From Prorocentrum cordatum (taxonomy: Eukaryota), in the NCBI GenBank assembly GCA_963575745.1, contig CAUYUJ010000109.1:1-64000 (forward strand): a stretch of DNA of 64,000 bases, in the 5' to 3' direction. The stretch's first letter is position 1. Each line of letters opens with the position of its first letter. The notes under the pieces were generated by a model. The model did no database searches and was not told the origin of the DNA. It saw nothing but the letters and a program-made list of their open reading frames with translations. Of this stretch, positions 1-12,646 are shown one piece after another. A program made the position numbers and the translations under genes.

Positions 1-368
1 TCGCCATCCCTGGTGACTTGTCGCCACTTTCGAGGGCTGCTGGGGGGCCCAGCACAGTGGGTACACACGGCGGACTCGAATTTTGGACCTCGCCATCTCT
101 GGGGGGCTGCGATCTGCGAAACCGTCACCACTTTCGAGGGCTGCTGGGGGGCCCAGCACGGTGGGTTCCCACGGCGGGCTCAAATGGGACCTCGCCATCC
201 CTGGGGGGCTGCGATCTGTGAAACTGTCGCCACTTTCGAGGGCTGCTGGGGGGCCCAGCACAGTGGGTACCCACGGCGGATTCAAATGAAACCTTGCCAT
301 CCCTGGGGGGGTGCGATCTGTGAAACTGTCGCCACTTCCGAGGCCTGCTGGCGGGGCCCAGCACAGTG
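1..368. repeat. ~102-bp tandem repeat, about 3.5 copies (runs off window start)
   Basis: The motif (C/T)GCCATC recurs at ~2, 91, 193, 295. The units share CACTTTCGAGGGCTGCTGGGGG..CCCAGCAC. Confidence 0.9.
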
Positions 369-479
369 ACGCCTCACAAGTAGCTTACACATCAAGTTGA
401 TTGTCCATACAAGTTTCGGCCAACTCTTCGTTTCCATTCATACAAATGGGTTGGGTACGTCACAGGGTATTTTTTTTGC

Positions 480-1200
480 TGGTCTGGTCGACCAACTAGC
501 TCTACCCCGCGCCGGAATTCTTCTAGCTCATCGATAACGAAAAGCTCTACAAGGTACTAGCTGCACCCTGCGCCGGAATTCCTCTAGCTTATCCATGCCG
601 AAGTGCTCTACGAGGTATACTCTGGAAAGCTATTCTGGCGAGCTCTGGGGGGCTCTCCTGAAGCGCTTCGGAAGCGCTGCCAGCGATGCCTCCACGCGTG
701 CCCCCACGCGTGCAAGCACGCGTGGACGCGTGCCTGACGCGCCCCCAGACCCGCTGCCGGGACCTGCAAGTCTCTGCGGGGATCGTGGACCGGCGAAGTT
801 TGGCGTGTCCCCCGCACCATCCACTCCGGATGTCTAACCTGAAACCCTCAGCTCGCCAAGGAGCTACCCGGAAACCTCGACGGACGGAAACTTCGACGGA
901 CGTTCCCGGAGAGCCCTCTGAGAGCGAAAGGGTTTCAAATACCTTGTAGATCTCTTCGGCAGGATAAGCTGAACGGAAATTGGGCGCAGGGTGGAGCTAG
1001 TTGGCAGACCCGACCTAACAAGACAATGTGATGACTTGGGATCTGTTTTTGTATCTTTGTGCAAGATTTGAAAATTCGTTTTGAGAACCGGTATTTTTTC
1101 ATCTGTAGTGGGTTATGCTGCGTTTCGCTGTTCAATTCTTAGGTCTGTAGCTGCAGTATTACTATCAAAACACTTGAGGGAACCGAGTTTCGATTACGCT
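480..1200. repeat. Divergently oriented copies of the 3-10 kb modular repeat family (minus copy ~480-875, plus copy ~902-1200)
   Basis: 640-800 is the reverse complement of the CACGCGTG-palindrome module. 940-1190 matches the TACCTTGTAGAGCTCTTCGG and GTAGTGGGTTATGC modules. Confidence 0.8.
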
Positions 1201-1387
1201 ACCGAGGAACCCCACATACTTAACTTAAATCTTGTGTGTTTGCTCAAGTTTATAATCTATGCGCAATTCTGCGTTCTCAGCCCTCGTCGCGAATGTTCCC
1301 CTATGTGTCATCCAACGCCATATTGCTTGAACCTCCTCCGTCTTCCTAGCCTTCTATCCCCCGTCGAGGACAGGTTCGAGCCAGCCA

Positions 1388-2792
1388 GCGGCCGCGGTGA
1401 GGGACCACCCCCTGCGCACCCTCGATGGTGTTGAGAAAGTGCCACGCCTGCTATGCCCTGGACGACCGTCGTGCGTAGCGGCCGCGGTGAGGGACCATCC
1501 CCTGCGCAGCCTCTATGGCGTCGAGAAAGTGCCACGCCTGCTATGCCCTGGACGACCGTCGTGCATAGCAGCCGCGGTGAGGGACCACCCCCTGCGCACC
1601 CTCTATGACGTCGGGAAATTGCCACGCCTGCTATGCCCTGGACGACCGTCGTGCATAGCGGCCGCGCTGAGGGACCACCCTCTGCGCACCTCCTGTGGTG
1701 CCGAGAAAGTGCAACTCCTGACACGATCTGCGAGCGTGTCACGGATAGAGGCCGCGCTGAGGGACCACCCTCTGCGCACCCCCTGTGGTGTCGAGAAAGT
1801 GCCACTCCTGCCAAGATCTGCGAGCGTGTCACGGATAGAGGCCGCGCTGAGGGACCACCCTCTGCGCACCCCCTGTGGTGTCGAGCAAGTGCCACTCCTG
1901 CCACGATCTGCGAGCGTGTCACGGATAGAGGCCGCGCTGAGGGACCACCACCCTCTGCGCACCCCCTGTGGTGTCGAGAAAGTGCCAGTCCTGCCACGAT
2001 CTGCGAGCGTGTCACGGATAGAGGCCGCGCTGAGGGACACCACCCTCTGCGCACCCCCTGTGGCGTCGAGAAAGTGCCACGCCTGCCACGCCCTGCAAGC
2101 GTGTCACGGACAGAGGCCACGCTGAGAGACCACCCTCTGCGCACCCCCATGTGGTGTCGAGAAAGTGCCACTCCTGACACGATCTGCGAGCGTGTCACGG
2201 ATAGAGGCCGCGCTGAGGGACCACCCTCTGCGCACCCCCCGTGGTGTCGAGAAAGTGCCACTCCTGACACGATCTGCGAGCGTGTCACGGATAGAGGCCG
2301 CGCTGAGGGACCACCCTCTGCGCACCCCCTGTGGTGTCGAGAAAGTGCCGCTCCTGCCACGATCTGCGAGCGTGTCACGGATAGAGGCCGCGCTGAGGGA
2401 CCACCCTCTGCGCACCCCCTGTGGTGTCGAGAAAGTGCCACCCTGCCACGATCTGCGAGCGTGTCACGGATAGAGGCCGCGCTGAGGGCACCCTCTGCGC
2501 ACCCCCTGTGACGTCGAGAAAGTGCCACTCCTGCCACGATCTGCGAGCGTGTCACGGATAGAGGCCGCGCTGAGGGACCACCCTCTGCGCACCCCCTGTG
2601 GCGTCGAGAAAGTGCCACTCCTGACACGATCTGCGAGCGTGTCACGGATAGAGGCCGCGCTGAGGGACCACCCTCTGCGCACCCCCTGTGGTGTCGAGAG
2701 AGTGCCACGCCAGCCACGCCCTGCGAGCGTGTCACGGACAGAGGCCGCGCTGAGAGACCACCCTCTGCGCACCCCCACCCCCTGTGGCGTCG
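1388..2792. repeat. 90-bp minisatellite, ~15 copies
   Basis: GCCGCGCTGAGGGACCACCCTCTGCGCACC recurs at 1661, 1751, 1841, 1931 and onward. Confidence 0.97.
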
Positions 2793-2802
2793 AAGGAATG
2801 CC

Positions 2803-2939
2803 CTGTGTGCTATGGTGTGCTATGGTGTGCTGTGCTGTGCTGTGCTGTGCTGTGCTGTGCTGTGCTGTGGTGTGCTGTGCTGCTGTGCGGTGGGCTGTTC
2901 TGTGCCGTGCCGTGCTGTGCGGTGTTGTGCTGTGCTGTG
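2803..2939. repeat. (GTGCT)n pentanucleotide microsatellite
   Basis: Directly visible. Confidence 0.95.
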
Positions 2940-3039
2940 GGAGAAGGAGAAGGAGAGGGGGGAGGTGTGAGACGCGGGTGCGGCGCGGCAGGGAATACAA
3001 CCAGAACCCCAAGAAACATGTGGGGAATAAAACCGAAAA

Positions 3040-6000
3040 GCGTGTTTTTCGAATGCTTCAGTTCACGCTCAAGCGAGTTCCTGGCGTGTGTTTTGAGCAG
3101 CACCGTGCGAGGGAATACCTCAAGGAGAGTCGCGGCGGTAATCTGGACGGTTCACCGCCGGCTCAGTTTCTCGTAGAGCTCTTCGTTATCGATGAGTTAG
3201 AGGAATTCCGGCGCGGGGTAGAGCTAGTTGGTCGAGCCGACCAGAAAAGATTTGAAAGATATTTGAACATATATTTTGAGAAACCAGATTTTCACTCCGG
3301 GCATTAGTGTTGTCATCTTGTTCTTAAAGCAGCTCAGCTCTTCAGCGACAGTTTTAATATCGAAACGTGAACCGACATACCTCGTAGAGCTTTTGCTTGT
3401 AGAGCTTTTTGGCAAGATGAGCTAAACAAATTCGGGCGCAGGGTGGAGATAGTTAGCAAGCCTGACCTGAAGAGACAATGTGACTAGTTTTGGTCGGTTT
3501 TTGTATCGTTGTGCGAGATTTGAAAATCTTTTTCCAGGAAACGATTTGTTTTTCACACATAGCGAGATATGACGCATCTGCTGGTCATTTTTCATGGCCC
3601 TAGAAGCAATATTACTATGAACAGACTCGAGGGGATCGAGCCTGTGCTTGGAACAAAAAATGAATTTCTGGTTTCGTAAGATTCGATGGAGATTTCACTG
3701 GTCATATTGCGGAATCAAAGTTTCATTTTCTGCATCAGCATATACGCTTGATTCCGAAAGCAGCTTAGCTCTATACGGGAATTTTTCATATTCGTTGACT
3801 TGCAGGAACCGACTCTCTGTTGATATTAAAAAATGCAAAATTCAAGATTTTACGAACATTTCCTGCGAAGTTCTCGATTTCGAGGAATCTTTCGCGTGGA
3901 AGGAGCTCTACGAGGTTCCTGGCGGTGAGCAGGTTGACGGTACACCGCCGGCGCCAGTTAGAAGCCAGACGGTGGTGGTGCCTGCCAGCAGCCCGACTTC
4001 GCCGCTCCAGGTTCGCCGCAGAGAGTTGTTTGTCCCGGCAGCGGGTTCGGGAGCGCTTCCCGCGCGCCCCCGCGCGTGCCTGCACGCGTGCAGGCACGCG
4101 TGGAAGTGTGGCTGGCAGCGCTTCGGAAACGCTTGAAGGGTGGCCGGCAGTGCTTCGGAAGCGCTTTAGGAGAGCGCCCCAGGGCCCCCAAGGAAAGCTT
4201 TACCTTGTAGAGCTCTCCGGCAGGATCAGCTGAGTGGAATTCGGGCGCAGGGTGGGGAGAGGAGGCAGAAAGGAAGGGAGCAGGGATTCCCGGAGAGCTC
4301 TCTGAGAGCTATAGGGTTTTAGAGAAGAAGCCGGATGGTGGTGGTGCCGGCCAGCAGCCCATCCTTACCGCTCCAGAATCCCCGCAGCGACTTGTGTCAG
4401 GTCGCAGCTGGTCCGGGAGCGGTTCGGGCACGCGTCCGCGCGTGCCCGCGCGCGTGCAGGCACGCGTGGAAGGGTGCCTGGAAGCGCTTCAGAGGCGCTT
4501 CAGGGGAGCTCCCAGGGCGCTTCAGTGGCCATTCAGCCTCCGGAGTGCCCCTTGCTCTGCGGGTTTGGGGCGCTACCAAGTAACTTGTAGAGCTTTCCTT
4601 AGCTAGTTGCTGGAAGCTTAAGAGTAATTCCCGGAGAGCTCTCTGCGAGCTATCGGGTTTTAGATCAGAATCCGGACGGTGCTGGTGCCCCCCAGCACCC
4701 AATCTTTGCCGCCCCAGAATCCCCGCAGCGACGCGCCGGAGGTCGCAGCTCGTCCGGGGGCGGTTTCGGCACGCGTCCACGCGTGCCTGCACGCGTGCAG
4801 GCACGCGTGGAAGCGTGCCTGGCAGCGCATGAGAAGCGCACCAGGAGAGCTCCCCAGAGCGCGGCACGAAAGCTTTCGACAGCTGCCTCTTCGCTCTCGG
4901 GGTTTTAAACGCTACGAATTCGAACGCCCTGCAGAGCTAGTTGGTCAGAAAAATCTCGACGGACCTTTTGCTGACTTTTTCCCGGGGAGCTCCCTGAGAG
5001 CTATAAGGTTTCAGATGAGAAGCCGGACGGTGGTGGTGCCCGCCAGCAGCCCACCTCTGCCGCTCCACGATCCTCGCAGCGACTCGCCGGTCCCGGCAGC
5101 CCGTCCGGGGGCGCTTCCGGCACGCGTCCACGCGTGCCTGCACGCGTGCAGGCACGCGTCGAAGCGTGCGTGGCAGCACTTCAGAAGCGCTTCAGAGGTG
5201 CCCCCTCTTCGCTCTCCGGGTTTCGGATGCTACCAATACCTCGTAGAGCTTTTCGGCATCGATGAGCAAGAGGAATTCCGGCGCGGGGTGCAGCAAGTAC
5301 CTTGTAGAGCTCTTCGGCAAGATGAGCCAAGTGGACTTCGGGCGCAGGGTGGAGCTAGTACCTCGTAGAGCTCTTCGTTATCGATGAGCTAGAGGAATTC
5401 TGGCGCGGGCTGGAGCTAGTTGGCCGACCCGACGTGGTGACTTTGGGTCGGTTTTGCTAATATTTCAAAGAGATTTGACCATTTATATTGAGAAACTAGA
5501 TTTTTCGAACCTTTAGTGGGTTGTGACGCGTGCGCCCGTGAAATTCTCAGGCCCGTAGGTGCAGTATTACTACCAAAACACTTGAAGCAACCGACGCTGG
5601 ATAAAAGAAGAAGAACGTGATTTTCCGAGCTTCTCTGCTCTCGCTTCAAAAGCTTCCTTCATGTGTTTCCAGAAGCGCCGTGCAAGAAAAGAGCTTTACA
5701 AGGTCCCCGGCGGTAGCCAGGTTGATGGTTTACCGCCGGTTCCCATTGGCAGACCCGACCTTAAGAGACAATGTGATGACTTGGGGTCGGGTTTCCTAGA
5801 TTTGAGAAATATTTAACCATTCGTTTCGAGAAACCAGACTTTTCTCACGTGTAGTGGGTTATGCCGCGTCTGCCAGTTCAACTCTCAGGTCCGTAGCTGC
5901 AGTATTAGCATCAAAACACTCGCTGGAACCGTCGGCCGTTTCGAGTCATCTTCACAGGCGTTGTCTTTTTTTTGTACTCGAGCTGTAGGACAGCTACAGA

Positions 6001-9000
6001 GCTGATACTTACAGAATCCCTCGTAGGAAGGCGCGTTCGTCTGTTGCATCCAGCGGTCTGAACTGGTCTGCTACTCGAGCTAGGTCCGCACAACTATTCG
6101 TGTCCTTCGAGTCATTTTGACCAGTGCTTTCGGTTTTCTGTACTTAACTCAAGATCTAGAGAAGCTACAGAGCTGGTACGCACAAAAACGATTCATTATC
6201 ACCAGGCGCGTTCGCCTGTTGCTTCGAGAGGTGTGAACTCGGTCTGCTGCTCGAGCTAGGTCCACGACACTATTCGTATTTCTGCAATTCTCTTTACAGG
6301 CGCTGTTGCTGTTCTGTACTTAGCTCGAGCTGTAGCAGAGGTACAGAGCTGGCAGAAACCGATCCAGAATCATCAGGGACGTTCGGCAAAAGCATTTAGA
6401 GCTCAAAAAAGAGTATGCTACTCGAGGTGGGTCCGTAAAACTATTTGTATGCGACCGATTTTTTTCGAACTGATGGTGAAATGTTCCACTTAACTCGAGC
6501 AGCAGATGAGCTTGAGTATCTAGACGCCTCAGATCACCTGCTATCAGCGCTCGGGCAGAACAACTTTTCGTTTTCTGCAAATTCTTTGGACATAATAAGA
6601 GGAATTCGGGCACAGGGTGTAGCTAGTTGGCAGATCCGGCCTTAACAGACAATATGGTGACTTGGGGTCGGTTTCGCTGAGATGTGAAAGATATTCGACA
6701 ATTCATTTTGAGAAACCATATCTTTCTTACGTGTGTCTGCCAGTCCAATTCTCAGGTCCGTAGATGCAATGTTATTATCAAGGGAAACGACGCTGGACGA
6801 AAACGCCCAAAAACGCATTTTTCGAGCTTTCTTTTCACGCTCGAGAAAGCTTTTTCATTGTGTTCCAAGCAGCGCCGCGCGAGAAAAGAGCTCTACAAGG
6901 CTCCCGGCGATCACTGGTTCACGGTTTACCGCCGGATCCCAGTTGGCCCACCCGGCCGGGTCGGACAATGTTCCCGGAGAGCTCTCTGAGAGCTAGAGGG
7001 TTTTAGAATAGAAACCGGACGGTGATGGTACCTGCCAGCAGCCCATCTTCGCCGCCCCAGTCCCCGCAGCAACTCGTTTGGGTTCGCAGCGGGTCCGGGA
7101 GCGTTTCCGGCACGCGTCTACGCGTACCTGCACGCGTGCTGGCACGCATGGAAGCGTGCCTGGCAGCCCTTCAGAAGCGCTTCAGGAGAGCGCCCCAGAG
7201 CCCTCCAGGAAAGATTTCCCGTTCCCGAGGGTTTCTTCGCTCTCCGGAGTTTGAACGCTACCACGGACGCTACCAAGTGGGAACTTTGGGTCGGTGGGCA
7301 AAGATTCCCGGAGAGCTAGCTAGACGGCTTCAGAGTAGAAGCCGGACGGTGGTGGTGCCTGCCAGCAGCCCATCTTCGCCGCTCCAGAATCCTCGCAGCA
7401 ACTCGTTCGGGGTCGCAGCGGGTCCGGGAGCGTTTCCAGCACGCGTTCACGCGTACCTGCACGCGTGAAGGCACGCATCGAAGCGTGTCTTGTATCGCTT
7501 CAGAAGCGCTTCAGGAGAGCCCCCCAGAGCTCTCCAGGACAGATTTTCCGTCCCCCAGGATCTCTTCGCTCTCCGGGTTCTGGACGCTACCAAGTACCTC
7601 GTAGAGCTCTTCGTCATCGATGAGCTGGAGGAATTCCGGCGCGGGGTGGAGCTAGTATCTCGCAGAGCTCTTCGGCCTCGACGAGCTAGAGGAATTCCGG
7701 CGCGGGGTGGAGCTAGTTGGCCGACCCGACCAAAAGAGACAATGTGACAACTTTGGGTGGGTTTTGCTAAGATTCGAAAGATTTTTGACAATTCATTTTG
7801 CGAAAGCAGATTTTTCGGACCTGTAGTGGGTTATGCCGCGTCAGCCAGTCAAATTCTCAGGTCCGTAGGTGAAGTATTACTATCAAAACCCTTGGAGCAA
7901 CCGACTTTGGATGACAACCGAAAAATAGTGATTTTTCAAGTTTTTCGGCTCTCGCTTCAGAAGCTTCCTTCATGTGTTCCGAGGAGCGCTGTGCCAGAAA
8001 AGAGCTCTACGAGGTGCCCGGCGGTAACCTGGTTGACAGTTTACCACCAGTTCCCAGTTTCCCGGAGAGCTCTTTCACAGCTAGAAGGTTTTAGATTAGA
8101 AGCCGGACGGTGGTGGTGCCTGCCAGCAGCCCATCTTCGCCGCTCCAGAATCCGCGCAGCGACTCGTCCGGGGTCGCTGCGGGTCCGGGGGCGTTTCCGG
8201 CACGCTTCAACGCTTGCTTGCACGTGTGCAGGAGCGCATGGGAGCGTGCCTGGCAGAGCGTCAGAAGCGCTGTTGGCGAGCCCCCCAGAGCTCTCGAGGA
8301 AAGATTCCCGGAGAGCTCTCTGAGAGCTAGAGGGTTTTAAATTAGAAGCCGGACAGTGGTGGTGCCCGCAAGCAGCCCATCTCCGCCGCTCCACGATCCG
8401 CGCAGCAACTCGCCCGTGCTGGCAGCGGGTCGGGGAGCGCGTCCGGCACGCGTCCACGCGCGCCTGCACGCGTGCAGGCAGGCATGGGGGCGTGCTTGGC
8501 AGCGCTTCAAAAGCGCTTCAGGGAAGCTCCCCAGCGCTCTCCAGGAAACATTTTCCGTCCCCCAGGGTCTCTCGGGCGCAGAATGGAGTTAGTAACTCGT
8601 AGAGCTTCCCTTAGCTAGTACCTCGTAGAGCTTTTCGTTATCCATGAGCTAGAAAAATTCCGGGGCGGGGCGGGGCTAGTTGGCCGACCCGAGCAAAAGA
8701 GAGAAAGTGGTGACTTTGAGTCGGTTTTTCCCGGAGAGCTCTCTGAGAGCTAGAGATGTTAGATTTGAAGCCGGACGGTGGTGGTGCCCGCAGCAGCCCA
8801 TCTTCGCCGGTCCACGATCCTCGCAGCGACTCGCCCGGCCCGGCAGCACGTCCGGGAGAGTCTCCAGCAAGCGTCTACGCGTGCCTGCACGCGTGCAGGC
8901 ACGCGTGGAAGCGTTCCTGGCAGCGCTTGAGAAGCGCTGCGGGGGGGCCCCCAGAGTCCTGGACGAGCTGTCCGCGAGCTTCTGCGGGCTTGCCACGAAG

Positions 9001-10160
9001 GCTTTCCGGTGTGTGCCCTCTCTTTGCTCTTCAGGTTTTGGACGCTGCCAAATGCTTTGATTTGACAAATATTCGACAATTCATTTCCCGCAGAGCTCTC
9101 TGAGAGCTAGAGGGTTTTAGATTAGAAGCTGGACGGTGGTGGTGCCCGCCAGCAGCCCATCTTCGCCGGTCTAGAGTCCCCGCAGCAGTTCGTTTGATTC
9201 GCAGCGGGTCCGAGGGCGCTTCTGGCACGCGTTCACGCGCGCCTGCACGCGTGCAGGCACACGTGGAAGCGTTCCTGGCAGAGCTGTCGAAGCGCTTCAA
9301 GGAAGCGCCCCAAACCTCTCCAGGGAAGATCTCCCGTTGCCGGGCTTTTTTTCCCGGAGAGCTCTCTAAGAGCTATAGAATTTTAGATTAGAAGCTTCAA
9401 AATACCTCGTAGAGCTCTTCGGCAAGATGAGCTAAGAGGAATTCGGGCGCAGGGTGGAGCTAGTTGGCCGACCCGACCTTAAGAGACAATGTGGTAACTT
9501 TGGGTCGGTTTTGCAATCTTTGTGCAACATTTTAAAGTTTGTTTTGGGAACCGGTATTTTTCTCACTTGTGGTGGGTTGTGCCGCGTCTGCCAGTGAAAT
9601 TCTCAGGTCTGTAGCTGCAATATTACTATCGCAAGACTTGAGGGAACCGTCGGCCGTTTCGAGCATCTCGACATGCGTTGACGGTTCTCTGTACTTCTCC
9701 AGATTTAAGAGATGCTATTTACAGAAATCGATTCAGAATTATCAGGCGCGTTTGTCTGTTCCATCGAGAGGTCTGAACTCTATCTGCTACTCGAGCTAGA
9801 TCCGCGAAACTATTCGTATTACACGAGTGCTCTGAGAGGAACACGTAATTTTTAAAGCTTTTCAGCTCACGCGTAAGAACCCCCCACGTGTCCCAAGCAG
9901 CGTCGTGCAGAGAAGAGCTCTACGAGGCTCCCGGCGGTAACCTGGTTGACGGTTTACCGCCGGCTCCCAGTGGTGGTGCCTGCCAGCAGCCCATCGGCGG
10001 CGATCCAGAATCCCCGCAGAGATTTGTTTGTCCTGGCAGCGGGTCTAAGAGAGGTTCCGGCAAGCAACCACGCGTCCCTGCACGCGTGTAGGCACGCGTG
10101 GAGGCGTGCCTGGCAGCGCTTGCGAAGCACTTCTGGGAAGCCCCCTAGAGCTCTCCAGAG
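3040..10160 (+). repeat. Complex array of shuffled repeat modules, including ~11 copies of a palindromic GC-rich module
   Basis: Three modules recur in varying order: A (AGCCGGACGGTGGTGGTGCC..CACGCGTGCCTGCACGCGTGCAGGCACGCGTG), B (TACCTCGTAGAGCTCTTCG..GGAGCTAGTTGGCCGACCCGAC) and C (GTAGTGGGTTATGCCGCG..ATTACTATCAAAACAC). A degenerate ~170-180-bp repeat lies at 5940-6570. Confidence 0.85.
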
Positions 10161-10251
10161 GATGTCTGGAGTAATTCGCTTGTTATGCCAGGATTTCTTA
10201 GGATTTTGGCAGGATGTCTCGAGCGTTTTTTTTTGTTTTGTTTTCTTTCTT

Positions 10252-10288
<37 letters not shown>

Positions 10289-11686
10289 CTTAATTCTCAC
10301 AATTTGTTGATAATTTCACGAGCGAAACGCTGGTTTTGCAACATTCGGGGATGTCTCGAGCGGGGGCCTCGTGGGGGGCTAGAATTCAGAGGATGTCTCA
10401 GGCACAATGCTTGTTTTCACGTCCCGCTCGCAGGAATTCTGGAGTTGCCTCGCGCGTGCTGCGTCCCGCGCGCAGGAATTTCGAGGATGTCTCAACTAAT
10501 TCGCTTGTTTTGCCAGGATTTCTTAGGATTTTGGCAGGTTGCCTCGGGCATTTTTTTTTTGGTCCCCCCCCCCCCGGTCCTCTTCCTAATTTGTTGAGGA
10601 TGCTTCGAGCGAAACGCTGGTTTTGCAAAATTGGGGGATGTCTCGAGCGGGGGCCTCGTGGGCGGCCAGAATTCAGAGGATGCCTTAAGCGAAATGCTTG
10701 TTTTCACGTCCCGCTCGTAGGAATTCCGAGGATGTCTCGCGCGTGCCGCGTCTCGCGCGCAGGAATTCTGAGAATTTTGACAGGATGTCTCGAGCGAAAC
10801 GCTTGCTCCCAGCACGTTCCGTAGCGCGTTCCCTTGGCACGTCGCTTGGCGCGTCCCTTGAGACGTTCCGCGCCGCGTCCTCCTGGCATGTCCCCCTGTC
10901 AATTAGCTCTGGGGCAGCTACTATGTGTTCAGGCAGCTCGAGCTTGAGATCCATATCAGTTCGGTCAGGACTCGGATGCAAATGAGGACTCGATCCACGG
11001 GGCTATGGAGCACAATCGCGGCACGGCACATCGCAATTCAGTACGGCGCAGGACAGCGCAGATTTCGGCACGGTACATCAAGATCGATACACTCAGCATT
11101 GCAACCTGTCACGTTCCCTGGCACGTTCCGTGGCGCGTCCCGTGGCGAGTCCCCCTGGCACGTCGCGGTGCGCGTCCCCATGCACCTCCCGTGGCACGTC
11201 CATGGCACGTTCCGTAGCGCGTCCCCTTGGCACCTTTGCAGTGCGTTCCCATGGCAGGTTCCCTGTCACGTCGCCTGGCGCGTCCCTTTGGACGTTCCGC
11301 GGCGTGTCCTCCTAGCATGTCTCCCTGTCAATCAGCTCTGGGGCAGCTACTATGTGTTCAGGCACGAGCTTAAGATCCGGACCAGTTCGGTCAGGACTCG
11401 GATGCAAAGGAGGACTCGATCCACAACGCCATAGAGCACAATCGCGGCATGGCACATCGCAGTTCAGCACGGCGCAGCACAGCACAGCCCTCGGCACGGT
11501 ACATCAAGATCAATGCATTCATCATTGCATTTGCCCGTCGCCCAATCATCTGTCTTTGAAACGTTGCCATGTCTTGCATTTCTATATTCCTTTCCGGGTT
11601 CGTCGGTCGATCATGTTCCTTTTCCTCCTTCTGCTCCTCCTCCTGCTTCTGCTCCTCCTCCTCCTCCTCTTTTTCCTCCTCCTCCT

Positions 11687-11722
<36 letters not shown>

Positions 11723-12090
11723 TCTCCTGCTCGGTTGCCCAGACAGATGTCCAGCATGAGGATTTGTTGAGGATGTCTCGAACCAGAGGCTTGCCTCCAC
11801 GTGTCCAGGTCGCCCAGGCGGATGTCTAGCATGAGGATGTGTCGAGGAAGTCTCGATCGAGACGCTTGTTTGCACGTGTCCAGGTTGCCCAGGCGGATGT
11901 CTAGCATGAGGGTGTGCTGAGAACGTCTTGAGCGAAACGCCTGTTTTCACGTGCCCGATACCCTTAGCATTGCAGCCTGGCGTGTTGCCTGGCACGTTCC
12001 GCAGAGCGTCCCGTGGCGAGTCCCCTGGCACGTCGCGCGGTGCACGTCCATTGGCACGTTCCGTAGCGCGTCCCTTGGCACGTCCCGCGG
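10158..12090. repeat. Degenerate duplicated region (~290-bp and ~430-bp duplications) with (CT)n and (CTC/CTGCTC)n tracts
   Basis: AGCGAAACGCTGGTTTTGCAA occurs at 10321 and 10608. AGCTCTGGGGCAGCTACTATGTGTTCAGGCA occurs at ~10905 and ~11334. Microsatellites lie at ~10245-10290 and ~11620-11730. Confidence 0.8.
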
Positions 12091-12646
12091 TGTGTCGAGG
12101 ACCAAGACGATCGTAGACTGTTGGACCGTGTGAACTGAAGCTTCTGATGCTGCTGAACCTATTCGTCTGTATAAAACCTCTGCAGCTGCTCTGAATGTCG
12201 ATGTCGAATCCCAAACCCAAACATTTGCCAAAATATTTACAGAGTGCGAGTAGTTGTTCGGCCACTGATGCCCGATCACGTGCTGCATGTCCTGGGCCAA
12301 AGGCAGCGGATGGGAGGAACGACAGGGGAAGAGGTATGAGTGTGGTGTCAAGGGGGGCGTCTCAGGCGATCCATTTGATTCATGTATCATTCATCTGCGG
12401 GAAAAATCAGTTTAAGCCTTGGCAATGGCCTTGTGGTTCGCAATCCGTTATGCCAACCTGGTCTCCATCATCATAAATAGTTACATGTGAGTTTTGATTG
12501 CGCGAACAGTGTTTCGGCCATAGCTCGAGGAGAGGGCCGATCTCAGGCAGTTCGAGCCTCTAGACTGATGCTTTCTATTCTGCTGAAGTTATTGGTGCAC
12601 ATGAAACCTCTGCAGCTGCACCGAATCTCAAGGCAGAGGAAAATAC

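Noticed and set aside
1308..2735. 475-aa and overlapping ORFs
   Set aside because: They are products of a 90-bp GC-rich minisatellite that is open in several frames.
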